Source of the DNA: Burkholderiales bacterium
GTDB taxonomy: Bacteria > Pseudomonadota > Gammaproteobacteria > Burkholderiales > Ga0077523
Assembly: GCA_046347985.1 (NCBI GenBank)
Contig: JAXMFE010000014.1
Span: forward strand, 26,042 to 90,041
Direction: 5' to 3'
Length of the DNA: 64,000 nt
Shown here one piece after another: positions 52,922 to 60,535 of this stretch. A program made the position numbers and the translations under genes. The notes beneath the pieces are model-generated. The model saw only the letters and a list, made by a program, of their open reading frames with translations. It was not told where the DNA came from and searched no databases. Position 1 is the stretch's first letter; every line of letters begins with the position of its first letter.

Positions 52922-53506
52922 ATGAAAGCTTCCCGTCGTGTCTGGATCGAGCGGGTCCTCGCCGTGCCGTTCGCAGGCGTGTCGTCCCTGCCGCTGCGCG
53001 CGTGGGCGCTGCCGACGCCCCCTGCCTGTGAGGCGGACGAACCGGTAACCGTCCCGCAGATGGAGGGGCCGTTCTTCAAGCCGCGCTCGCCGTTGCGCCA
53101 TTCGCTGCGGGATGCCGCGATCCCCGGCAAGCCGCTCGTGGTCACCGGCCGGGTGCTCGCGCGCGACTGCCGGCCCGTTCCCGGCGCGCTCCTCGACTTC
53201 TGGCACTGCGACGCGGGCGGCGAGTACGACAACGTCGGCTTCGCGCTGCGGGGACATCAGTTCACCGATGCCGACGGCCGCTATCGGCTCGAGACCATCG
53301 TGCCGGGGCAGTATCCCGGGCGGGTACGCCATGTCCATGTGAAGGTCCAGGCGGCCAACGGTCCCGTGCTGACGACCCAGCTGTACTTTCCCGGGGAGCC
53401 CGGCAACGCGAAGGACTTTCTCTTCCGACCTGAATTGTTGATGTCCCGCGCCCCGACCGCGCGCGGGGACGAAGCCCGCTTCGACTTCGTGGTCCGCACC
53501 GCCTGA
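52922..53506 (+). CDS. Intradiol ring-cleavage dioxygenase family protein (secreted)
   Basis: Signal-like N-terminus. MEGPFF ... GRVL.RDCRPVPGALLDFWHCDAGGEY ... RYRLETIVPGQYPGRVRHVHVKV (Tyr/His iron ligands region). Confidence 0.85.
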   Translation: MKASRRVWIERVLAVPFAGVSSLPLRAWALPTPPACEADEPVTVPQMEGPFFKPRSPLRHSLRDAAIPGKPLVVTGRVLARDCRPVPGALLDFWHCDAGGEYDNVGFALRGHQFTDADGRYRLETIVPGQYPGRVRHVHVKVQAANGPVLTTQLYFPGEPGNAKDFLFRPELLMSRAPTARGDEARFDFVVRTA

Positions 53507-53661
53507 CGCGATGCTGCGTGCGCATCCGTCCTGACGGCCCGTCGTCAACTTCGTTCCAGTCCTGCGCAAACGCGTCCTATCCCTTCCTTCGCCCGCGGTC
53601 CTAGCCTCGATGCCACGGTCCGTCGGCCGATTCGCCGGCGGCATGGGCGGGGAGGACGATC

Positions 53662-56001
53662 ATGGCGACAGGGGGAAGGCGCGGCGCAGCAGGCAAGGGC
53701 GGCGGCACGGCGGCGGATCGCAGCGAGGACGTCGAGGGACTGCTCCGGGATCTCGATCCGGAGGACCGCGAGGATGCGCAGAGCGGTGACTTCCGTTTCG
53801 GCCTCGAGGAACTCCTCAAGACCTACCGGCCGCTGATCGAGGAGGAGCTGAAGCGTTCCGACGAGGCCGAGGCGCTCGCGAAGGAGGCCATCTCCGTCGC
53901 GCCCACCTGCGAGGACGAGTACGCCGCGGCCCGGCAATTCATCGCGCGCTTCTTCACCGACGAGGTGGCGGTGCGCCTGTTGCCGCTGGCGGCGCGCGAA
54001 CTGCTCGGCAATCCCGAACGCTGGCGCTGGTGTCTCGCGCACATCCGCTGCTGCGTGATCTTCGGCTGGCTGCTGTGCCGCAAGCCGCGCACCTTCCGCG
54101 GCTCCAACTACTACCTCTACCGGTTCTGGCGCTGCGTGCGCGAGGCGGTGGGCTTCCCGCTGGGCACGACGCTCGGCGAGCGCGACCGGCAGGATTTCGC
54201 GCGACTCGTCCGGGCGCTGGCGGACGCCTACAAGCCCTATCTGACCGATCAGCTGGCCAGCGTCGATTTCCCCGAAGGCATCCCGGACGAGGTGCTCGCC
54301 GGCACGCTCGACTGCTTCAGCGACGAAGACGCCACCAGCGGCATCTTCGAGCGGCTGCTGTCGCCGGACATCGCACCGGCCCTGCTCGGCGAAGCCGCTT
54401 TCGAGAAGCATCGCCAGGACGCCTTCTTCTGGTTCTGCCGGTGCTGGTGCCTGTGCGCGATCCGGTTCGGGTGCTGCCTGGCCCGGGCGCGCAACCTGCG
54501 CGAGGCCGTGCGCTGCCTGCTGTTCTACCGGCGCTGCCTGCGGGATTGCCTGCAGCCCCTGCGCTGCGACCTCCAGCAGCCGACCGGCTGCGTGGCCGAG
54601 TCCGTGAACACGGATCTCGCGGCGCTCGTGGTGCCCGTCATCGGGACGGCGTCGGGCGGCATGTTCCACCACTATGTGCTCGAGTGGTCGCGCGACGGCG
54701 TCGCGTGGCATGCCGATTCGTTCTTCTACCCCCCGATTCCGCCGGGCAACGCCGTGCAGGGCAACACGGCGGTCAACAACGGCGTGCTCGCGTACTTCGA
54801 CACGAGCGCGATGGATCCCGGCTTCTACTTCCTGCGCATGACGGTCACATCGACGCAGGGGACGACGCGGGTGTGCCGGACGGAGTTCTCGCTCTTCAAG
54901 CAGGAGGTCCGGATCCTCAGCGTCGACGGCGCTGCGCTCGACACGGTGTGGTCCGATCCCGGGGCGCGCTTCGTCGAGAACGTTCCCGGCATCTGCGAGG
55001 ATCCGCCCGGCACCTGGAAGCGCGCACCCGGCGTCGAGGAGATGTCCTTCGGCGACTGCCTCTACCTCTACGGCGGCGCGTTCGTCGGCGGCTGCGACGG
55101 GCAGAGGATCAGGCGCTACATGATCGACACGAAGCCCGGGTTCGAGACCAACTGCTTCAGCGGCGGCTGGAGCAACGTCTGGAAGGTCGAGTACAACACG
55201 ATCTGGCAATACCGCGACATGAACCTGCGCAAGGACACCGCCAACCTCACGTCAGTCTGGGTGTCCGACTGCATCGTGCCCGTGCCGTTCCCCCCGTACT
55301 GCCTGCACTCGGAACCGCAGGCGCGGCTGGCGCCATCCTGCTGGCAGAGCCACACGGCCTTGTGCGTGGCCAGCGGCCTGTTCACGCTCCGCCTGATGGT
55401 CGAGGACACCGACGGCAACCTGTACTGCGACACGCAGCGTGTCTGGATCGACAACAAGCCGATCTGCGCCGCCATCCGCATCGACGCCGTGCCGAAGTGC
55501 GCCGACGTGAACGTGAGCGCATTCGCCGATCCGCCGGACTGCGGCACGCCGTGGCATCTGCCGCTGTCGGGCATCGCGTACGACGACTACATCGACGACA
55601 CGCTGCCGCTCACCCGGCCGAACGACAACTTCGACTACTACGTCGTGACGGTGACGAAGCAGGGTGGGCCGACCTTCACGATCCCCGTGTCGTTCGGACC
55701 GAGTTCCGCGTGCACCCAGGGGACCATGCGCGTCGGCAAGTGCGAGCCCTGCAATGCCCTCGATCCGCGCGCCGGCGACGTCTACGGATTGCTCGCCAAC
55801 TTCGATCTGCGTGCCGTGGACGACGTGTGCCAGGGGAGCCTGCCCTATCCGGTGCCCACCGGGTTCGCGCTGGCGCGCGGCGAGTGCTGCGTCTACGTGT
55901 TCGAGCTGACGGTGTACGACCGGACTGCGCGGTCGAGCGGCGTCAACTGGGCGCAGGCGAACTGGCCGGTGAAGATCTGCAACGACCTCAAGGCGCCGTG
56001 A
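53662..56001 (+). CDS. Cysteine-rich 779-aa hypothetical protein (Cys-cluster N-terminal region plus about three beta-sandwich-like modules)
   Basis: GGAGGA lies 6 nt before the ATG. There is no signal peptide. Cys clusters: CLAHIRCCVIFGWLLC and FFWFCRCWCLCAIRFGCCLA ... RCLLFYRRCLRDCLQPLRCD. The C-terminal modules show the pattern VIGTASGG..HHYVLEWS ... GVLAYFDTS ... GFYFLRMTV and GLFTLRLMVEDTDGN ... VWIDNKP, which is common in extracellular Ig-like domains. No family was recognised. Confidence 0.7.
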   Translation: MATGGRRGAAGKGGGTAADRSEDVEGLLRDLDPEDREDAQSGDFRFGLEELLKTYRPLIEEELKRSDEAEALAKEAISVAPTCEDEYAAARQFIARFFTDEVAVRLLPLAARELLGNPERWRWCLAHIRCCVIFGWLLCRKPRTFRGSNYYLYRFWRCVREAVGFPLGTTLGERDRQDFARLVRALADAYKPYLTDQLASVDFPEGIPDEVLAGTLDCFSDEDATSGIFERLLSPDIAPALLGEAAFEKHRQDAFFWFCRCWCLCAIRFGCCLARARNLREAVRCLLFYRRCLRDCLQPLRCDLQQPTGCVAESVNTDLAALVVPVIGTASGGMFHHYVLEWSRDGVAWHADSFFYPPIPPGNAVQGNTAVNNGVLAYFDTSAMDPGFYFLRMTVTSTQGTTRVCRTEFSLFKQEVRILSVDGAALDTVWSDPGARFVENVPGICEDPPGTWKRAPGVEEMSFGDCLYLYGGAFVGGCDGQRIRRYMIDTKPGFETNCFSGGWSNVWKVEYNTIWQYRDMNLRKDTANLTSVWVSDCIVPVPFPPYCLHSEPQARLAPSCWQSHTALCVASGLFTLRLMVEDTDGNLYCDTQRVWIDNKPICAAIRIDAVPKCADVNVSAFADPPDCGTPWHLPLSGIAYDDYIDDTLPLTRPNDNFDYYVVTVTKQGGPTFTIPVSFGPSSACTQGTMRVGKCEPCNALDPRAGDVYGLLANFDLRAVDDVCQGSLPYPVPTGFALARGECCVYVFELTVYDRTARSSGVNWAQANWPVKICNDLKAP

Positions 56002-56014
56002 AGCGGGGCACGTC

Positions 56015-56419
56015 ATGGGCGAGGGCTTGGACGGCCCCGGTGTCTGGCCGGCGCTCGCCCTGACGTCGTTTGCCGTCTGGCGCGTCTCGCACCTGCTCGC
56101 CAACGAGGACGGTCCGGGTCACCTGATCCTGCGGCTGCGCGTCCGGCTCGGCGACGGGTGGGCGGGCACGCTGCTCGACTGCTTCCATTGCGTGAGCCTG
56201 TGGGTGTCCGCGCCGTTCGCGCTGGCTCTCACGCGGGATCCGCTGGAGTGGGTCGTGGCGTGGTTCGGCGTGTCCGGGGTGGCGTGCGTGCTCGAGCGGG
56301 TGTCGGGGCGGACCTTGGCCGCCGGGGGCATGCGAACCGACGAAGGAGAGGATGACCATGGGATGTTGTGGACAGGGGCGTCAGGCGCTCCGGAGGGAAC
56401 CCGACCCGGGGAGCCGTGA
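56015..56419 (+). CDS. DUF1360-like membrane protein with a CxxC motif
   Basis: FAVWRVSHLLANEDGP ... GTLLDCFHCVSLWVSAPFAL resembles the DUF1360 pattern (L..C.WC...W.A). About 3 TM helices. Confidence 0.6.
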   Translation: MGEGLDGPGVWPALALTSFAVWRVSHLLANEDGPGHLILRLRVRLGDGWAGTLLDCFHCVSLWVSAPFALALTRDPLEWVVAWFGVSGVACVLERVSGRTLAAGGMRTDEGEDDHGMLWTGASGAPEGTRPGEP

Positions 56420-56669
56420 ACGGTCGTCGGCGCGGGCAGTGGTCTCGCGGCCGGTACCGGGATCCGGGGCGTCGCGGTCGGCACCGTCGGCGCCGGCCCG
56501 GGGTGCGCTTCGCGTGCGCTACCTGGCGAGCAGTCCGGTCCGGGTGGTCGGCGCGGTCACCGGGCAGCGCTATGACTTCTCCGGGGAGCGCCCGGAGCAG
56601 GCGGTGGACGCCCGGGACGCCGCCGTCCTGCTGGCCACGCCGCACTTCGCGCGCTCGCCGCGAATGTGA
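56358..56669 (+). CDS. Small hypothetical protein starting MGCCGQG
   Basis: AAGGAGAG lies 7 nt before ATG 56358. There is a 62-nt overlap with the preceding gene. It has a disordered middle and a C-terminal LRVRYLASSPVRVVGAVTGQRYDFSGERPEQAVDARDAAVLLATPHF module. Confidence 0.5.
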   Translation: MGCCGQGRQALRREPDPGSRERSSARAVVSRPVPGSGASRSAPSAPARGALRVRYLASSPVRVVGAVTGQRYDFSGERPEQAVDARDAAVLLATPHFARSPRM

Positions 56670-56751
56670 GCCGGTCGGGAACCCGGCGCCGGCGAAGGGA
56701 GTCCATCGGACTCGGCAGTACAACAGGTTGGGTCGGGGGTGGGAGTGCGGG

Positions 56752-57585
56752 ATGCGCGACCTGATCGTCGTATGGGTGGACTTGCGGACGAATGCCCACG
56801 ATCCGAGTCCGGTGCCGGTGGCGGCCGCGGGCCTCCGGCTCGCGTGCGTCCGCACCTCCTCGGCGATCGACGACGTGCTGGCGGCGGTCACGGAACGCGG
56901 GGTCCTGTGTTTCGAGTTCGACACGCCCGACCGGCCGGGGCTGCTGGCGCTGGCCGCGGCCAAGGTCCGGCGCCCCTCGATGCCCATCCTGATGCTCACG
57001 GAATCGCACTCCGAATCGCTCGCGGTGTGGGCATTGCGGGCGCGTGTGTGGGACTACCTGGTCGCCCCGGTCGGGGTCGACGGGCTGCGCGAGCGTCTGC
57101 GCGCCCTCGACACGATCGCCGACGCCATGTGCGGGCGCGTCAATGCCTGCCCGGTGCCGCCGCTGCCCCCCGAGGTTCAGGTCCGCGCGCGACGCATCGC
57201 CACGGCCACGCGGGCCGCGCACGAGTACCTCCAGGCGCACTTCAACGAGCCGCTCGGGACGCGGAAGATGGCCGAACGGTGTCATCTCAGCACGTCGGAG
57301 TTCTGCCGCGCCTACAAGCGGGAACACGGCATCCCGTTCGGCGAATCGGTGCTGCGGCAACGGGTGGCGGCCGCCCGTGAATTGCTGGGCTCGCCGCAGG
57401 CCGTGATTTCCGACGTCGCCTGCGCCGTGGGATTCAACGATCCGTCGTATTTCTCGCGGGTGTTCCGACGTTTCACCGGAATGTCCGCCTCGGCCTACCG
57501 GCTCGCGTGCCTGACCCGCGGCCGCGTGCCGGAGGGGTCGGGCCCGGTCCTGCACGGCCTCGCGATCGGGGGCGAGATCGGCTGA
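56752..57585 (+). CDS. AraC-family transcriptional regulator with an N-terminal receiver-like domain
   Basis: The N-terminus is CheY-like (VLCFEFDTPDRPGL ... MPILMLTES ... VWDYLVAPV, with the conserved Lys position replaced by Ala). The C-terminal HTH_18 reads RKMAERCHLSTSEFCRAYKREHG ... DVACAVGFNDPSYFSRVFRRFTGMSASAYR. Confidence 0.85.
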   Translation: MRDLIVVWVDLRTNAHDPSPVPVAAAGLRLACVRTSSAIDDVLAAVTERGVLCFEFDTPDRPGLLALAAAKVRRPSMPILMLTESHSESLAVWALRARVWDYLVAPVGVDGLRERLRALDTIADAMCGRVNACPVPPLPPEVQVRARRIATATRAAHEYLQAHFNEPLGTRKMAERCHLSTSEFCRAYKREHGIPFGESVLRQRVAAARELLGSPQAVISDVACAVGFNDPSYFSRVFRRFTGMSASAYRLACLTRGRVPEGSGPVLHGLAIGGEIG

Positions 57586-57591
57586 TCCGGC

Positions 57592-58932
57592 TCAGCTCGA
57601 ACTCGGCGGGGCCGTGCGTCCTGCGACGGCCTGGAGGGCGCGATCCAGCACCTCCCGATTCCACGGAACGAAGTCGTAGTGCGCCCGCACGACGGGCAGG
57701 TTCGGGCGGATCAGGGTGGCCAGATCGATGGGGGTCCCGGCGATGACGACTTCCGCACGCGAATCGTCGATCGTCGCGCGCAACGCCTCGCGGTCCGCCG
57801 GGCTGTAACCCACCGCCGGCAGGACGACACCGAGGTGCGGATAGGCGCGATACAGGGCCTCGATCTCCGGCGCCGCGCTCTCGCGCGGATCGATGATCCG
57901 GCCGACCTCCGCGGCGAGTGCTGCCGCGAAGCCGGCGCCGGTGGACATGCCGCCATGGGTGAGGGTGGGGCCGTCGTCGACGACCATCACGCGCTTGCCG
58001 CGCACCGCCTCGGGCTGATCGAGGTAGACGACCGAGGCGCCCCGGACGATCTCCGCGAGCGGATTGAGGCGGCGGATCGTCCGCTCCATGCGGGCCGGGC
58101 CGTCTCCCGGCGCGGCGTTGGCCTTGTTGACGATGACGATGTCCGCCATCCGCACATTGGTCTCGCCGGGATGATGCGTGTCGATCTGATCCGGGCGCAG
58201 CGCATCCGTGACCACCAGGTGCAGGTCGGGGCGCAGGAACGGGAAATCGTTGTTGCCGCCTTCCCAGAGCAGGACGTCCGCTTCCGCCTCGGCCGCGGCG
58301 AGGATGGCGGCGTAGTCGACTCCGGCGAACACCACGTGTCCGGCGGCCAGATGCGGTTCGTATTCCTCCCGCTCCTCGGCCGTGCAGTCGGCGCGCGTCA
58401 GGTCGTCCCGGGTGGCGAAGCGCTGTACGGCCTGTCGGCCGAGATCGCCGTAGGGCATCGGATGGCGCAGCACCGCCACCCGGACGTCGCGTTCGGAACA
58501 CCAGTTCGAGACCCAGCGCGCGATCTGCGACTTGCCGCAACCGGTGCGCACCGAGGAGATGGCGATCACGGGACAGTGGGCGCGGAGCATCGTCCGCTCC
58601 GGACCGAGGAGCGTGAAGTCGGCGCCCGCGGCGAGCGCGCGCGACGCGAGATGCATGACGTCCGGGTGCGAGGTGTCGCTGTAGGCGAAGACCACCTCGT
58701 CCACGCGGTGGGAGCGGCACAGGCCCTCGAGGTCGGCTTCCGGCAGGATCGGGATGCCGTCCGGGTACAGCGGACCGGCCAGCGATGCGGGGTAGTGCCG
58801 ACCCGCGATGCCCGGAATCTGGGTGGCCGTGAAGACGACCACCTCGTGGACGGCCGATTCGCGGAACACGACGTTGAAGTTGTGGAAGTCGCGTCCGGCG
58901 GCTCCCAGGATCAGGACACGGCGGCGGTTCAT
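57592..58932 (-). CDS. COG2403-type predicted GTPase/cyclic 2,3-diphosphoglycerate-synthetase-like protein
   Basis: MNRRRVLILGAAGRDFHNFN ... VIAISSVRTGCGKSQ (P-loop-like) ... LWEGGNNDFPF ... VIVNKAN. The ATG overlaps the upstream stop (ATGA). Confidence 0.7.
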   Translation of the reverse strand: MNRRRVLILGAAGRDFHNFNVVFRESAVHEVVVFTATQIPGIAGRHYPASLAGPLYPDGIPILPEADLEGLCRSHRVDEVVFAYSDTSHPDVMHLASRALAAGADFTLLGPERTMLRAHCPVIAISSVRTGCGKSQIARWVSNWCSERDVRVAVLRHPMPYGDLGRQAVQRFATRDDLTRADCTAEEREEYEPHLAAGHVVFAGVDYAAILAAAEAEADVLLWEGGNNDFPFLRPDLHLVVTDALRPDQIDTHHPGETNVRMADIVIVNKANAAPGDGPARMERTIRRLNPLAEIVRGASVVYLDQPEAVRGKRVMVVDDGPTLTHGGMSTGAGFAAALAAEVGRIIDPRESAAPEIEALYRAYPHLGVVLPAVGYSPADREALRATIDDSRAEVVIAGTPIDLATLIRPNLPVVRAHYDFVPWNREVLDRALQAVAGRTAPPSSS

Positions 58933-59741
58933 GGGGGGCTCCGGAGGTGGGGGCGCGAGGGCGCGGGTTTCGCCCGGACGGGGCGCGACGGGCGGGCGGT
59001 GTCGACGACGACGAGATAGCGTCCGGACCACGGGGTGGGTTGCCACGCGTCGTTCAGCACCCGGGGCGAGCGGCCGGCCAGGCGCGCCTGCTCGTAGTCC
59101 GCATCGAGAATGCCGTATCGATCGAGAAACACGTTCATCGCGGCGGGAATGCGCACGCATCCCTTCGAGCACGCCGATCCCAGCTTCGGCTCCAGCCGCG
59201 CCGGATCGGTGGCGTGCAGCTGCAGGCGCAATTCGCCCGGGTGGCGGTCTCCCCAGCCGCGCGGCGCGGTCACCCACCCGAAATCGAACACGCGCAGCCC
59301 GCGCTCGCCGTACCCGCGGATGCCCTGCTCGTTGCGCGTGCCCTCGGCGCGGAAGTCCGGGTTGGCGACGCTGTGGTCGAACACGCCGAGCGGCGTCTCG
59401 AAGGACTCGTAGCGTCCCGGCTTGCCGGTGGAACAGGGGGACGCGCCGATGAACCGGAGGCTGCCGCTGCCCGACTGCCAGTAGACGAAGGCCGCCTGCA
59501 CCTTGGGCGCACGGTCGACGATCAGGAAGAACTGCGAGGCGAGCGGCCACAAGTCATGCGCCCGCAAGCTGTCCCTCAGCAATCCCGCATAGCGCGCCTG
59601 TTCCGCGTCGGGCACGGCGAGACGGCGATCCACTTCCCGCTCGTACAGATCGCGGTAGGCATCGGCATCGCCGGCGGCGAGGGCATGCGTCGACGCAAGA
59701 AGCAGGGCGGCGGCCGCCCATCGACGGGACGCGGGAATCAT
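58929..59741 (-). CDS. L,D-transpeptidase (YkuD) family protein
   Basis: Signal peptide AAAALLLASTHALAAG. Catalytic region LQLHATDPARLEPKLGSACSKGCVRIP (H...S-x-G-C-V-R). Confidence 0.8.
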   Translation of the reverse strand: MIPASRRWAAAALLLASTHALAAGDADAYRDLYEREVDRRLAVPDAEQARYAGLLRDSLRAHDLWPLASQFFLIVDRAPKVQAAFVYWQSGSGSLRFIGASPCSTGKPGRYESFETPLGVFDHSVANPDFRAEGTRNEQGIRGYGERGLRVFDFGWVTAPRGWGDRHPGELRLQLHATDPARLEPKLGSACSKGCVRIPAAMNVFLDRYGILDADYEQARLAGRSPRVLNDAWQPTPWSGRYLVVVDTARPSRPVRAKPAPSRPHLRSPP

Positions 59742-60529
59742 CAGCGGACGAGGACGGCCGTGCATGGCAGGGTATCGAGCGCGGCATCGAGCGAACCGTC
59801 CTGCGGGCTTGCGCCGGCGGACGGCAGCACGACGACGTCGTGGCGTCCCGCCCCGGCCAGGGCGGCGAGCGGTGCAGGGTTTGCGTCGGATTCGATCACC
59901 ACGCGCACGGGCATGGCCGCCGACGGCAGGCGCGCGCGGACCCAGCCCAGGGCCGTGGCGGTGGCCTGTCGTGACGGATCCGGCACCACGACGACGAGGC
60001 GCGACCGGTCGGATCGCGCCAACGCCGCAGCCAGACGCAATGCCCGCTCGCCGGCGGGCGTCTCCGTCTCGATGCGGACGATCACCTGGGGCGGGACATG
60101 CGGCGCCGACGTCGCGGGCGATGCGGGCGCCCGGCGCGGCGGGACCAGCACGACATCGACGGCGGGCGCCTTGCGGCGGACTTCGGCGTCGAACCGGCCG
60201 CGCCGCGTCTCGAAGGTGCAGACGAAGCGGTGTTCGACGGCCAGGCGGCGCAGGTCGCGCTCCATCTGGCGGGCCGCCGACTGCAGGGCCCGCTCCACGT
60301 CGTCCGTCAGGATCGCGCGCGAGATGCCCGACGTGCGACCGACTTCGCGCGTGAACGGCAGCGCCGCGAGGTGGAGCAGATCCAGGTCCTCCACGAACAG
60401 CGCGTCCACGGCGAGGTCCTGCCCCTCGACGAGCGTGGCCAGGATCCTGCGTACGCCGTTGCCCGTCCACGCGGACGACACCGCGAGCAGGAGACGACCG
60501 GGCGCCGCAGGATCGCGCGTTTCCGGCAT
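59741..60529 (-). CDS. Hypothetical protein, possibly a tandem universal-stress-protein-like fold
   Basis: Two halves each show a USP-like strand-helix pattern (RLLLAVSS ... LFVED and IVRIETETPAGERALRLAAALA ... LVVVVP). The stop overlaps the next start (TGATG). Confidence 0.4.
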   Translation of the reverse strand: MPETRDPAAPGRLLLAVSSAWTGNGVRRILATLVEGQDLAVDALFVEDLDLLHLAALPFTREVGRTSGISRAILTDDVERALQSAARQMERDLRRLAVEHRFVCTFETRRGRFDAEVRRKAPAVDVVLVPPRRAPASPATSAPHVPPQVIVRIETETPAGERALRLAAALARSDRSRLVVVVPDPSRQATATALGWVRARLPSAAMPVRVVIESDANPAPLAALAGAGRHDVVVLPSAGASPQDGSLDAALDTLPCTAVLVR

Positions 60530-60535
60530 GTCGGT

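Noticed and set aside
53545-55209. 554-aa ORF antisense to the Cys-rich gene, and the +3 frame ORF 54030-56063
   Set aside because: Both give Arg/Ala/Gly-rich low-complexity products. The chosen frame has an SD plus ATG and structured, non-repetitive sequence. The coding call for 53662-56001 still deserves a formal coding-potential test.
58933-59550. Upstream extension of the 652-aa ORF containing the COG2403 gene
   Set aside because: Homology starts at MNRRRVLILGAAG (58932), and the extension overlaps the transpeptidase gene.
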